A stretch of 64,000 bases of DNA, taken from positions 1,798,001-1,862,000 of the forward strand of contig CM074820.1 of NCBI GenBank assembly GCA_037447605.1, written 5' to 3'. This stretch comes from Zygnema circumcarinatum SAG 698-1b (Eukaryota > Plantae > Zygnematophyceae). Positions 1-11,525 of this stretch are shown one piece after another (position 1 is the stretch's first letter; each line of letters starts with the position of its first letter). The notes beneath the pieces are model-generated. The model was not told where the DNA came from and searched no databases. It was given only the letters and a program-made list of their open reading frames with translations. The position numbers were made by a program, and so were the translations under genes.

Positions 1-880
1 AATCGGGGCGAATTTCTTGGGAGCTGTAGCGTAGTGGAGCTGCGCTCGACGGATCCGCGTCAGTTCAGTTGTACTTGACATATGCCTCTTCAGTGTCACG
101 GACCGGCATAATCCAAGGGCTGCCGACGGAGAATGCGAGAAGGCGGCGCCATGTGTTGGCGGCCCACGGAACAGCACNNNNNNNNNNTGTCTTGTTCTTC
201 TTTTCTGCCTCTTCAGCTCCAGCAACAGATGCTAAGTAAGAGAGAGAGAGAGAGAGTTCCATTGCATAGAGAGAAAGAGAAAGAGTCTTCTTGCTGATAG
301 CATTTAGACATCCCATTCAGCCCAGCCAGACAAAGATTTCAGTGAGAAGACACTTTCATTGTAATGACGATCCCCAGCCAATCGCTGGCTGGGGTGAGTT
401 TCCAAAACACAACCTTTATCTAAGCTGAGTCCCATTTTCCCTTTGCTGTCACTATGCCAAGCTACCATCTTGTGATATCCTGCCCTACACTCCTCCCAAT
501 GACCGATGATAACTAGAAGTCTAGCGAAGAGAATAGCCGAAGAGAGGACAGGGGAAGAGAGCCCCCAAGGAAGGGCTCTTTGCGCATCGAGTCCAGCCGC
601 CGGTGGGGACATCTTCAGGATCCCTACGTCTTCCGCTGCGCGTACCTCTGAATCCCCCGGATCCTGGCTCTATGCTGCAGGCAGACCCACAGCACCAACC
701 CAACCCTTCATCAGTTTCAGCACGGACGCGCGAGTGGCCGTACAGCACCTGCAACTAGCTCAGCAGTCTCCCCTTAACCCCACTTATCTTGTGCTATAGA
801 GCGCACTGTACAGGGTGGAAAATATGAGGACCCCCCACTGTACAGTACTGTACCGTATGAAATTGTACGGACGGAATGCT

Positions 881-1015
881 CCAAAGTTCGTCTGGTTTTT
901 CTGAAAGTCTTGGAGCCAGCGGAAAGACGGCGAAATTGCACGTGTGACAGATGGTCGTGATTGGTCGGTTTTTCGTACGAATCACTTGCGTTGCTTAGTA
1001 CTGATTGGTCGGTCT
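881..1015. repeat. Dispersed repeat, copy 1 (copy 2 at ~3545-3670)
   Basis: Shared core CCAAAGTyCGTCTGGTTTTTCTGAAAGTCTTGGAG followed by similar GAAAT.GCAC, TGATTGGT and GC.TGCTTAGT.CTGATTGGTC blocks at both sites, same orientation. Confidence 0.8.
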
Positions 1016-1545
1016 CTCGCGTGTTAACTAATTTATTAGGGTTCGATGCCTCTCGTCAGCACGCTGAACTGTTCAACTGCGAGGTTCCATAAAACGTCCG
1101 TAAAACGCGCCACGTCGGATATTGCGTTTAACGAAAACGTTGGGGGTCCTTGAAATCAGGCCAACCAGAGCTCGCCACGTGGAAGCTTCGAGAGTCCGAA
1201 GTGGTCAACAGCGGGTAACCGTTCTCGACCGCCGCCAATTTCCTGCGAACGGCGACCTCAACCGGCGGTCACCGCGGTCGACGCCTTCACGCCAGCGTGG
1301 CACCAGCAATGCGCCTTGAGTACTACGTGGCGACGCAGGATTGGTTGAGAAGATCGTTCTATGAAATGCTCCTTTCCGATTGGCGTGTTTCCAAAAAAAG
1401 CCATCTTGACTACCACGTCAGTGCCAAGTTGGCGCCACGTCATTAAAAACTGGACCTCTTCATGGAAGCCGTAAACCCGTCGCAGACGACGCCAAACGGT
1501 TCATGGAACCCCGCTCCAAATATCTCCGCGGGGGGCGGGAATCGT

Positions 1546-1933
1546 CTCTAGAGTAGGGATGGCCCGCGTTATAAATTCCGAATAAATTATATATTTTACA
1601 ACGGGTTTAAAAGTAGTAATATATTACAAAGTACAACACTTTATTACATATATTATACCCACTCGTTTTGAACAATTAACGACCGTACGGTCGTACGGTC
1701 GTAGCATAGGCGTTGGCGTTGCGAAATGCGTCCGTCTGGTTCACTCTGTCTGCTCGTGCATCCGTACCGCATAATACCGTACAGTGATTCGACCGTACGA
1801 CCGTCCAACCGTACATGTTGTAAAGGCGTTGTAAATTAATATATATCAGCCGTTATCTAGTCGTCACAGTTGTATAATATAATATATAATATATAGTCGT
1901 AACTAATCCGCCTCTAGAGTCTAGAGGCGGATT
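1546..1933. mobile_element. Possible degenerate non-autonomous DNA-transposon remnant or excision footprint
   Basis: CTCTAGAG at 1546-1553 and 1912-1919; Ac-like TAGGGATG at 1554; internal CCGTACG/CGTACGG repeats; perfect 14-bp palindrome arms at 1905-1933. No matching right TIR found. Confidence 0.35.
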
Positions 1934-2563
1934 TTGGACCGTTCGCCGCGAACACTTCCCTTCATGCATGCGAACACGCGATTGTTCGACTTCGTACTGC
2001 ATGTGAACATAAATGGAAGCATGGAAACTATGGGCCTAACCACAGGAAAGATTGCAAGGCATGTCATGTTAAACAACAACATTGCAGAGTTGGGGTGCGC
2101 ATGTTGTAACTCATGTTTGATGTCACGCTTTGGGGCTGCCCTTGAAAGCCACAGCCATGTAATGTGAATTTAATGGAATTATGTTTTATGGAAATTTTAT
2201 GGGATTCGTAGGTCTTAGGAAAGAAGAAATATCGAAATCCATGATATGAAAACATGATTTTTCTTTAAATCAAACGGCATACTTCGTAAAATTCCTCTTT
2301 CCAGCATAGCCTATCTTATAAGTACAAAAAAGAGGAAAAATCTATAACTTTCCAGATATTAATCATTGCAAATATATCATTGAACTCCGCCCAAATAAGG
2401 AAAACAGTGTTTACTATGGCTGCTATGGTCTTCCCTCCCCCCTGAACAACGTATTGATTATTCAATCTAGTCCGTTTCAGCGCAATGCGGCTACTCCCAA
2501 AAAGTGTTGTAAAGCAATCATTTGACTAAACAAACTTTTTAGGGTTTTCAAGCTGACAAGCAC

Positions 2564-3043
2564 TTAATTTTGAGGGAATCTCCCCATCCACCCCCCCGCC
2601 TGCCCTTCCGGTAAAGTTCCAAATGGCTTCGGCTTATAAAAGGGGAGTTTGCCTTTTGAGATCGCTTCCGCCATCGCCTTCTTCTTGGCGCACAAAGGGC
2701 ACGGCAGGGTCGGATATTGCTGCGGCGGCGAAGGCACTTTCTCAGGGACCATCTCCGGAGCAGGGGCGGGAGCCATTGGCGAAGGAGATGGAGCCATGGG
2801 AGCAGGTGCGGGAGATGGAGATGGAGCCGTGGGAGTGGGGGCGGGAGCCATGGGCGTAGGAGCTGGAGCCATTGGCGTGGGGGCGGGAGCCGCGGGCATG
2901 GGGGCGATCATCTTTTCCTCCTCCTTCTCCTTCTTGTTGTGGTCCTTATGGTTCCTTCCTGCAGCCACGGAAGTAGAGAGAACTACCACTCCAAGTAGCA
3001 CTAAAAGGGCGGAGTTTACGGCCCTCATGATGGAATACGCCAT
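2564..3043 (-). CDS. Secreted Pro/Ala-rich arabinogalactan-protein-like glycoprotein, 159 aa, single exon
   Basis: Hydrophobic signal peptide (MAYSIMRAVNSALLVLLGVVVLSTSVAAG), then AP/PA/TP/SP dipeptide repeats (PAPAPTPMAPAPTPMAP...SPSPMAPAPAP) typical of AGP glycomodules. No obvious GPI signal. Confidence 0.7.
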   Translation of the reverse strand: MAYSIMRAVNSALLVLLGVVVLSTSVAAGRNHKDHNKKEKEEEKMIAPMPAAPAPTPMAPAPTPMAPAPTPTAPSPSPAPAPMAPSPSPMAPAPAPEMVPEKVPSPPQQYPTLPCPLCAKKKAMAEAISKGKLPFYKPKPFGTLPEGQAGGWMGRFPQN

Positions 3044-3544
3044 GATTCTTTCTCGTACTTTCTTTTTCCTTACTCTCTCTCTCCCCCTCTCCCTCCCTCT
3101 CTCCCTCTCCCTCTCTCCCTTTCACTCTCTGCCTTTGCAAGTTCTCACCGCCTCTACCCTGCACTTTTCCCTTCTCTTCTCCGCCTTGGCTTGCCTTGCC
3201 CGCTCTCCACTGCGCGCCGGCACATTAATACCTTCCCATGCAGACGCCCTGACCCTGCCAGAGGAATCGTCGATTTTCCGCAGAATTTTTTAGGCTGCGT
3301 CGAACTTGACGCCATGGCTACGCGGCGGCGCATGCAGCGCCATGCAGGCGGCGCGGGCCCATGTCGGAAGTTGTCCCTCAGTCGCTAATTTCCGCGAAAC
3401 CTGAAAATTCTCAGCCGCGGGTTCATAAAATTTCCCGATTCTGAATCCCAGTACGGACTGTACCGCTTCGTACGTTTTGTACATTAAATCCTGAGCCCTG
3501 AACTCGATTTTTACAGGACCGTACGTTAATGCGCACCGTACGTT

Positions 3545-3670
3545 CCAAAGTCCGTCTGGTTTTTCTGAAAGTCTTGGAGACATCGGACGATGGGGAAATC
3601 GCACTTGTAAAGGAAGGCTCTGATTGGTTGATGTTTTCGTTCTCTTGCGATGCTTAGTGCTGATTGGTCC
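3545..3670. repeat. Dispersed repeat, copy 2 of 881-1015
   Basis: Direct sequence similarity to 881-1015, including a near-identical ~35-bp core. Confidence 0.8.
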
Positions 3671-4849
3671 AGATTCTAGCGAGTCTAAAAAATTAGGGAA
3701 GCTATCACCTATACTAGATTGTACCAATGGCGGCGTGTCACGTGTCACTTTATCCACGTGGCTTACCATTATTGGCTCGTGTCCGCCATGTGGAAAGTCA
3801 CCCTAGGGTGTACGGACGAGGAGGATTTGAGCGGCCACAATTGGCGCCGCCGATCTGGGATCGCCGATCGATTGCACGTGTAATCGACGGTCGAAAGTGA
3901 TTCTGTTACTTGTTCGAACCTGTCCGATGCAACACCGGCTTGCCACGTGGATCTTCAAGCTGGTACGGATAGGATGTGGAGTCTGTACAAACCGTACAAT
4001 ACGGTACGGTTTCTGGTTTTTTTTTTTAGTACGGGTCTGGTAACCTTGTTCAACTGTAATGTACTTCCGGGCAGGCCGTGAAAAACTATTCTGCATATTT
4101 TGCGTTTTTCAAGAATTACGGGCAGATATGGAAACCTTTATTTTCTCTGCCCACGTATCGCAATGTCTGGCTGTCAGAACGATTTCGGCCAATCAGAGAG
4201 TTATTGTATCCACTGCCCGTGTTCCACGCGCGACTTGCCACGATTTTTTTCATCTGTGAAATCGGAAACTTTTGTGAAAGAGAGGTCCAAGTCCCTTCCC
4301 GCACCGACAAAAAAGTAGCCAAAGAATTTTTTGCAATTCATTTTTTTTTGGCAAATAAAATATTTTCAATCCTGTGCTGCCCCGCCACCGTTTACTGTTC
4401 TCTGCCGAAATCACCTTCCTTTTTTTTTACTTTTTCTTGAAAAAAAAAAATAACTGGGAATAAATATTGTGGGGTTCAGCAGGATTTCTTGTGAGAGTTG
4501 TCACACTTAAAACTCTTTCACAATCTGTGCCTCTCTAATCCAAATTTTCTCTTTTTTTTTATCAAAAATTCTAAGAAAGACGTTCTTTCACATTGTAACC
4601 GCTTTCGAGCCAAAAAGAAAACAAAAAACCTTTCGGGTTTTAGCCATTCTAGTGCCTTTCTCCCTCCTAGGGTTTAACGGAAGCGGTTTTGTACCTTGAT
4701 AAAGTTACATTCTTGGCAGTAGAGGCCTGCTGCAGGGGTTCAGGGCTCCGCCTTCAAGTTAATGCCGTCCTGTAAGAATCCGAGGCTCAGGGTTCAGAGC
4801 TTAAACATCAGAAAGTTTAGAGCCTCAGGGCTCAGGGTTCAAGATTCAG

Positions 4850-5092
4850 ATATTAGGGTTCGGTCTCAAGGATGAGGGTTTAGGGTTTAGGGTTCAGGAT
4901 CGGGGTGCAGCCAGCCTCTCCTCTAGACTTAAGGGGCTCAGAGAACTCAAAGATCAGGGCTGTGCACTCGGGGTTCAGGGTAACGGTTCAGGGGTTAAGG
5001 ATCTAAGTCGTAGGGTTTATGGTTTAGGCTTGAGGGTTTAGGGTTGAGGGTTTAAGGATCTAAGTTTTAGAGGTTTAGGGTTTAGGGTTGAG
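4850..5092 (+). repeat. Degenerate interstitial telomere-like (TTTAGGG/TTCAGGG) tract
   Basis: Many TTTAGGG, TTCAGGG and TTGAGGG units, e.g. GGTTTAGGGTTTAGGGGTTCAGG and GTTTAGGGTTTAGGGTTGAGGG, ending just before the ATG at 5097. Confidence 0.75.
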
Positions 5093-5096
5093 GGCG

Positions 5097-8000
5097 ATGT
5101 TGCGGCGCGCGAGCGCGGGCGAGCGCAGTGCGCGCATGGAAGGGCGCGGCGCGCCGCCGATGACTCAGCGCGTGCGGCCCGGGGACACGCTTGACCTCGT
5201 CGCGCAGCGGGCCAAGTGAGGGAGGGAGGGAGAGTGGGAGGGAGGGAGGGGGGAGGGAGGGAGGGGAGGAGGGAGGGAGGAGGGGGGGAGGGAGGGAGGG
5301 AGGGAGGGAGGGAGGGAAGGGGGGGAGGGAGGGAGGGAGGGGGGGGAGGGAGGGGAGGGAGGAGGGAGGGGAGGGGGGGAGGGAGGGAGGGGAGGAGGGG
5401 AGGGAGGGGGGGAGAGAGGAAGGGGGGGAGGGAGGGAGGAGGGGAGGGGGGGAGGGAGGAGGGAGGGGAGGAGGGGGGGAGGGAGGGAGGGAGGGAGGGA
5501 GGGGGGGAGGAGGGGGAGGGAGGGGGGAGGGAGGGAGGGAGGGGAGGGAGGGGGGGAGAGAGGGAAGGGGGAGGGAGGGAGAGGGAGGGAGGGAGGGGGC
5601 AGGGGTGGGGAGGAGGATGGAGGGGGCGGGGTTGAGAAAGAGAAAAAAGGCGGGTGGGAGGGAGCAGGGGGGGGGAGGTGGGTTGAAGGGGAGGGGTTGA
5701 GAGGGAGAGAAAAGGCGGGTGGGAGGGGGAGGGGGTGGGAGAGGGGGGGGGGAAGAAGATGGGGAGGGGGACGGAGGGGGAGAGAGAGATGGGAGGGAGG
5801 GAGGGAGCAGGGGGGGGGAGGTGGGTTGAAGGGGAGGGGTTGAGAGGGAGAGAAAAGGCGGGTGGGAGGGGGAGGGGGTGGGAGAGAGGGGGGGCAGATG
5901 GGGAGGGGGAGGGAGGGGCAGGGAGGGAGGGGAGAGGGGGGAGGGTGGAGTGGGAGAGGGGTTGGGAGGGAGAGGGAAGGCGGGTGGGAGAGTTGGTGGA
6001 GGGAGATGTGGAGAGGAAGGGAGGGAGGGGGGGAAGGGAGGAGTGGCAGAGGGAAAGGGGGGGGGGAAGGAGAGGGGAGGGGACACGCTGGACCTCGTCG
6101 CGCAGCGGGCCAAGTGAGGGAGGGAGGGAGGGAGGGGGAGGGGGGGAAGGGAGGGAGGGGGAGGGAGGGAGGGGGAGGGAAGGGGGGGAGGGAGGGAGGG
6201 TGAGGGGGGGAGAAGAAGAGGGAATGGGAGGGGGGGAGGGATAGGTGAGGGGAGGGAGGCAGGGGGAGGGAGTGAGAAGGGGGGTGGGAGGGGGAGGGGG
6301 TGGGAGGAGAGGTGAAATTAGGGTTCTTTAGGTTTGCTTAAGGAATCTGAGAATTTTAGCCTACTGCGGTTATTGAACTTTTGTCGTTTCCTTTTCCGTT
6401 CCGTTCTCCACAACAGGCTCAGTGTAACGGAACTGCAACGGTTGAACAATTTGAAAGATGAGCGGATCTATGAAGGAGACTTGCTTGTTGTTGAACGAGG
6501 TGAGAAGTTTCTCTCCCTTTTAGGTTTTTTAGGGTTTCTCGGGTGAAAGGATTCAGAATATAGAGTCCCTCTCCCTCTCCCTCCCCTCCCCCCACTCCCC
6601 ATCTCTGTCAGCCTCTCTCACTTTTCCTCCCTCTCTCTCTCCCTCTCTCTGTCTCTCTCCCTCTGTATATCTCTCTTTCTCCCTTCCTCTCTGTCTCTCT
6701 CCCTCCCTCTCTCTCCCTGCCTCCCTCTCTCTCCCTCTCTCTTTCTCTCTCTCTCTGTCTCTCTCTCTCCCTCTCTCTCTCCCCCCTCCCTTTTTTAACA
6801 TGCTTTTCCGGGAATCCAGCTCCTCGATTGGATGACATAAGGCCCGGGAGGAGACGGACCAACCGCATTTTATTTTCACGGAAAACGGAACGGACTGTCA
6901 CAAATAACGCGCTGGGCATTGGGGGAGATTTTGGAGGCACAAAAATGGGAATTGAAGGTGGGGACCATCTGGGAATTTTTTTTTCCCTGTTACTTCAATA
7001 TGGGTTTTTCTTATTCTATATTTTTGCAAGTTTTTTTTGAAATAGAATCGATGTTGTTTTTTTTTTTTTTTTGTTTTGTTTTTAATAGGGAGATGGGATT
7101 GGAAGAGAAAGGGGCCCCGGCAGCCTCAAAATCGTTTTACTTCTCCATTAGAAGGGTGCGTTCCATGTCTCCAAAGTCACACATTTTGTTCCGTTTTCAG
7201 TTCCACAAGTCGCTAGTTTTCTTTGTCAGTTAGTCGTTATACTTTCTGTTCTTTTTTTGGCTTGATTTCCCGCTGTAAAAGTGCATGTGTCAATTTTTCA
7301 TCGTTTCTCTCCTCCCCCCGCCCTGAATTCTCTTTTTTTTTTAACTTTTTTTTTTGGGGGGGGCAGGGAGTGGTCCCTAACGAGTAGGTTTGGATGGAGA
7401 TCGGCGGCTTCAAACATGAGGGCCTCCTTTCATGAGGTGAGACTATCGAGTGGGAGTGGGAGTGGGAGTGGGAGTGGGAGTGGGAGTGGGAGTGGGAGTG
7501 GGAGTGGGAGGGAGAGTGGGAGGGAGAGTGGGAGGGGGGGGAGATGGAGGGGGAGGGGGAGTGGGAGGGGGGGGAGAGGGGGTGGGAGGGGGGGGAGAGA
7601 GGGGGAGTGGGAGGGAGAGTGGGAGGAGGGGAGAGGGGAAGTGGGAGTGGGAAGGAGAATGGGAGGGGGGGAGAGGGGAGTGGGAGTGGGAGGGAGAGTG
7701 GGAGGGGGGGAGAGAGGGAGTGGGGGTGGGAGGAGAAGGGGGAGGGGCTGTTGGAGGAGGAGAAGGAGGGAGAGGGGGGGTGGGAGCGGATGCCGGAGCA
7801 AGAATTTACCTGTTTTTAATTCTTAAACCTTTCTCCCCTTTCCTTTCTTTTCCTTTCACTTTCAGGGAGTAGACATGGCGGCAGACATGGGAACGCCCAT
7901 TTTGGCTGCGGATAGGGGGATTGTCACGTTCGCCGGATGGAGCGGAGGGTGGGAGAGCCCTCTCCCTCGCCCTCTCTCTCTCTCTCCCTCTCCCTCATCT

Positions 8001-9232
8001 CCCCTTCCTCCCGCCCCCTCCCCCTCTCCCATATTTGCCCCTCCTCCTTCCTCTCCCTCTACCTCAGGTCCCTCTTCGCCCGCTTCTTCTCCCTGTTCTC
8101 CCTCTTCTCCCTCTCTCTCGCCTTTTCCCCCTCCTGCCCCACTCTCGTCTCCTCCCGCTTCCTCTCCTTCTCCCTCTATTGCCCCTGCCCCCCTCCTTTC
8201 TCCCTCTCCTCCCTCTCCTTTTCTCCCGCCTGCCCTTCTTCCTCCCTCTCCCTTTCCCACTCCCTCTCCCTTTCCCTTTTTTCTTTCTCTCTCTTTAGGG
8301 TTTCACATTTCACGCTACAATAAGAGTGAAAGATCATCTAATTCGCCGGCTTCGAATTTAGGTTAGGGTTGAGTGTTACGGATCTTTCATTAAGCTCCTG
8401 GAATTTGAGTTTTTAGGGTGTCTTGTCTGCCTTGTTCTACCCCATTTGTACCCCATTGTGGAGGCCCTTTTTTTCTTTTTTCTAACCCTAATCTGATTTT
8501 CGCAGGTACGGTAATCTGGTGATAGTTCAACACGACTCCGGATTCGCCACTCGCTATGGGCACTGCTGTGTAATGCACTCTCGGAAAGGGCAGGTACGAC
8601 TGAAGGAAACGGAGATCTCTCTCTCTCTCTACCTCTCTCTCTCTATCTCTCCCTCTCTCCTTCCTTTTCTTCGTCTCCCGCTCTCCCTCTCCCGCTTCCC
8701 TTTCCTCTCCCTCCTCTTTCCCTCCCTCTCGCCCTCTCTCTCCCTCTTTCTCTCTCCCTCTCCCCCTCCTCTCTTCCTCTCCTTCTCCTCTCCCCCTCCC
8801 CCTCCGTCGAGACCGCAGTCGCTCTGAAGATTTGGTGCAATGTGAGGACTAGCAATGAAACTGTTTTGAATTTTGATTGTGATTTCTCGGAAGTATATAT
8901 TCCTTTATATCTGCATTGAAAGCTGAGTTTTTTTTTTTCCGGGGCAGCACGTTGCAAGGCGACAACAAATCGCAGCCGTTGGATCGACTGGGCTATCAAC
9001 TGGACCCCATTTACACTTCGAAGGTGAGAAAAAAGTAATAATAATAAAGAAAAAAATAACTAAAACATAAGTGGGGCTGTTTTTGGTCAAGGGAAACATC
9101 CCTCGCATATTTCGCATCCATTTTTTGTTATTGTTAAATTGCTGTTCCGTGTAGCCCTAACTCTGCGCTGTCCCGTTTTCAGTTCGGAGGAAAGGAGAAG
9201 CTCTTGACCCCCTCAAATGGGTGAACCTCTGA
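5097..9232 (+). CDS. LysM + M23 zinc endopeptidase (DipM/MepM/NlpD-like peptidoglycan hydrolase), ~257 aa if it starts at 5097
   Basis: Exons 5097-5215, 6417-6499, 6820-6957, 7089-7155, 7367-7436, 7866-7948, 8506-8593, 8948-9023, 9183-9232; all GT-AG and in phase (774 nt). LysM: QRVRPGDTLDLVAQRAKLSVTELQRLNNLKDERIYEGDLLVV. M23: SPLEGEWSLTSRFGWR..FHEGVDMAADMGTPILAADRGIVTFAGWSGGYGNLVIVQH..TRYGH..GSTGLSTGPHLHFEVR..LDPL, with intact HxxxD and HxH zinc motifs. True start may be further upstream. Confidence 0.9.
6078..6130 (+). repeat. Intronic duplicate of the 3' end of exon 1 plus its donor site
   Basis: GGGGACACGCTGGACCTCGTCGCGCAGCGGGCCAAGTGAGGGAGGGAGGGAG repeats ~5181-5233 with one substitution. 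Confidence 0.85.
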
Positions 9233-11525
9233 CGACATAGAACGCCTCCCTTATTCCGTTCCGTTCCCTTTAACTGTCAACCGTACTGTTCCCTGCCACT
9301 TTAAAAGTTAGAAAAATATCCGTGCAGAGACAAGAGCCCTCGAGCCGCTCCATTCGGAAACATTAACACGGAAAAATTGCTGTGTATTATTACTTTTTTT
9401 CGGGCTGCAAAAGCGGTTCCATGTAAAATAGAGAAAAGAAAATGGTATTGGGTTCAAAGCCCAACACCATCACAGTCTTCGGGTTACATATTATTCTTTA
9501 CTTTGACTTTTTTCCCCTCCTATCTTATACTTAGGATGTAGGATATGTTGGGTTAGAAAATTGGGGTTACGGGTTTTGAGGTCCGACATAAATCGGCCCT
9601 AAATTTTGTATGGACAAGGATTAAAAAAATAAATATGCAGGACTGTTCTTTGATAAAAAAGACGGCTCCAATGTGGTTCTGTGATGTGGTGATTTCACTC
9701 CTACACACCCCCACCCTGCCTCCCTCCGCCTTTTATCCTGTCAAGCCATATGACATACAGCTTCCAACAACCTCTTCTCCTCTGTGAACTCCTCTGGCGA
9801 GCGAGAGGGTGAGGGAGAGGGAGGGAGGGGGGAGAGGGGGGAGGAGGGGCAGGAGGGAGGGAGAGAGAGAGAGAAAAAGAGAGAAAGTGAGAGAGAGAGA
9901 GAGAGAGAGAGAGAGGAAGGAGGATCAAGAGAGAGATGTAGGAGGGGGCGAGGTGAGTGAAGAAGGGGAGAGAAATGGAGTGTGGAGATAGAGAGAGTGA
10001 GAGAGGGAGAGGGGGAGAGGAAGAGGGAGAGGGAGAGAATGGAAGGGCGAGAGAGGGAGAGAGGGGAGAGAGTGGGAGGAGAGAAAGAAGTGGAGGGAGA
10101 GGAAGCGAGAGAGGGAGATGAGTGAGAGAGAGGGAGCGTCGAAAAGAGAGAGAGAGAGAGCGCTCTATCCGTTTATCTCAACCCTTCCAAGTGTCTGCCC
10201 TCCATATTCCCAAGTACGCCGTCTCTATCCCTCCTCTCCCATTTCTGATCCCACTCTCACCGCTCCTCACCTTCTTCTCTCTTCCCTCTTCTCTTTAATC
10301 CTAGTTCGACCCCTCTCACTGTTCAGAAATCGCCAAAAAGCTTCAGCAAAACACCCACTTTCTTTCGTTCCTCACTCAGACTCCGAGGCAAACCACTCTC
10401 CATCTCTCACTCTCCCCTCTCATACTCGCTTCTCCCATCCCTCTCTCTCGCCTCCCTCCCCCCACCCTCTCCCTCCCTGCCTTCCCCCCTTATTCCTCCC
10501 TACCCTCTCTCAACATTTCTCTACCCTTTCTCCTTCCATTTTTCACTTCTCTCCTATCGCTCCAACCTCCTCCCTTTACAAGCAGCCAATCCGCAGACTT
10601 TCCTACCACCTCCGCCTCATTTCGAGGGATCAAACCCCGTCTCTCTCTACCTTCCCCTATAATGCCCACGAATATGAGGGCCTCTCCCCCATATGGATCT
10701 GCAGCCTTGCAAAGAGCCCCCTCTCCCTCTCGTCCTCTCTTCTTTGCACACATCTCTCTCTCCCCCTCTGTCATTCTCTCCCTCTCACTCCCCTTCCCTC
10801 TCACCTTCTCCCCCCTCCGCACCTCCCCCCTCCCTCTCTCCCTCCTCTCTGTCTCCCACTCTCCCTCCCTCTCTCGGTTTCTTCCTTACTCCTTCACCGC
10901 CCTCTGCCTGTACCTCTACATACTCTTATAGTTTCTTCATTACCCCACCTCTCCTATCCCTTCCTCCTCTCCCAGTGGGTATGGGTACAAAAAAAATGTT
11001 TTAAAAATGTGACCAAGCAAGAATAGAACGATGACATTGCGGTTGAATTTGGAAATGACTTTCTGAGCCCTAAAATTCCAAAAGTTCAAACTGCACACTT
11101 CAGGAAAGGACACAGTCAGCGTTTCCCAAAGGAACCATTAAATGCAAAATTCTCGCTCCAACGGCAAAATCGGCCGATAAACCCAATTCCGTAAATTGAC
11201 AATGGAGGTGGACAAAAGGCGTTTAACGATCCCTGCATATTCAAGCGCTGGCCAAAACCCTAATTCCGCCTCCTTTGAGAAGCAGCCAAAGACCCCCACC
11301 GCTCGCCTGACCCTAACCCTAAAATTTCCGGGGCCCCACTCTCTGTTCCGCCCAAGGCGCATTGCGACGTGGCACCCACCATGTACTAAAAAATTAGGGT
11401 TGTAAAAAATTAGGGTTGCACAAAGCTGCACAGCTTTCCGCCCTGGACGCCATAGCCCGGGGTCAAAAGTTTCCGAATTCCGCGTCGGAGGCAAGAAAAG
11501 AGAACCGGCCCAAATCCCCTCTCCC

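Noticed and set aside
65-316. Minus-strand 83-aa ORF at the window start
   Set aside because: It spans an N-gap and a (GA)n tract. The C-terminal part may be a real last exon, but I recognise no family.
304-612. ORF with a PDZ-like KGKMGLSL stretch
   Set aside because: The resemblance is only a few residues, with no supporting exon structure.
5082-6244. Long Pro-rich and Gly/Arg-rich ORFs (extensin-like)
   Set aside because: They are translations of a G/A-rich intron of the LysM-M23 gene, open in several frames because of low complexity.
5097-9232. Bacterial contamination as the source of the M23 gene
   Set aside because: It has eight in-phase GT-AG introns with the same low-complexity style as neighbouring genes.
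9700-11030. 302-aa ORF 10118-11026 and neighbouring ORFs
   Set aside because: CT/GA low-complexity sequence; I could not build a consistent spliced model or find a motif.
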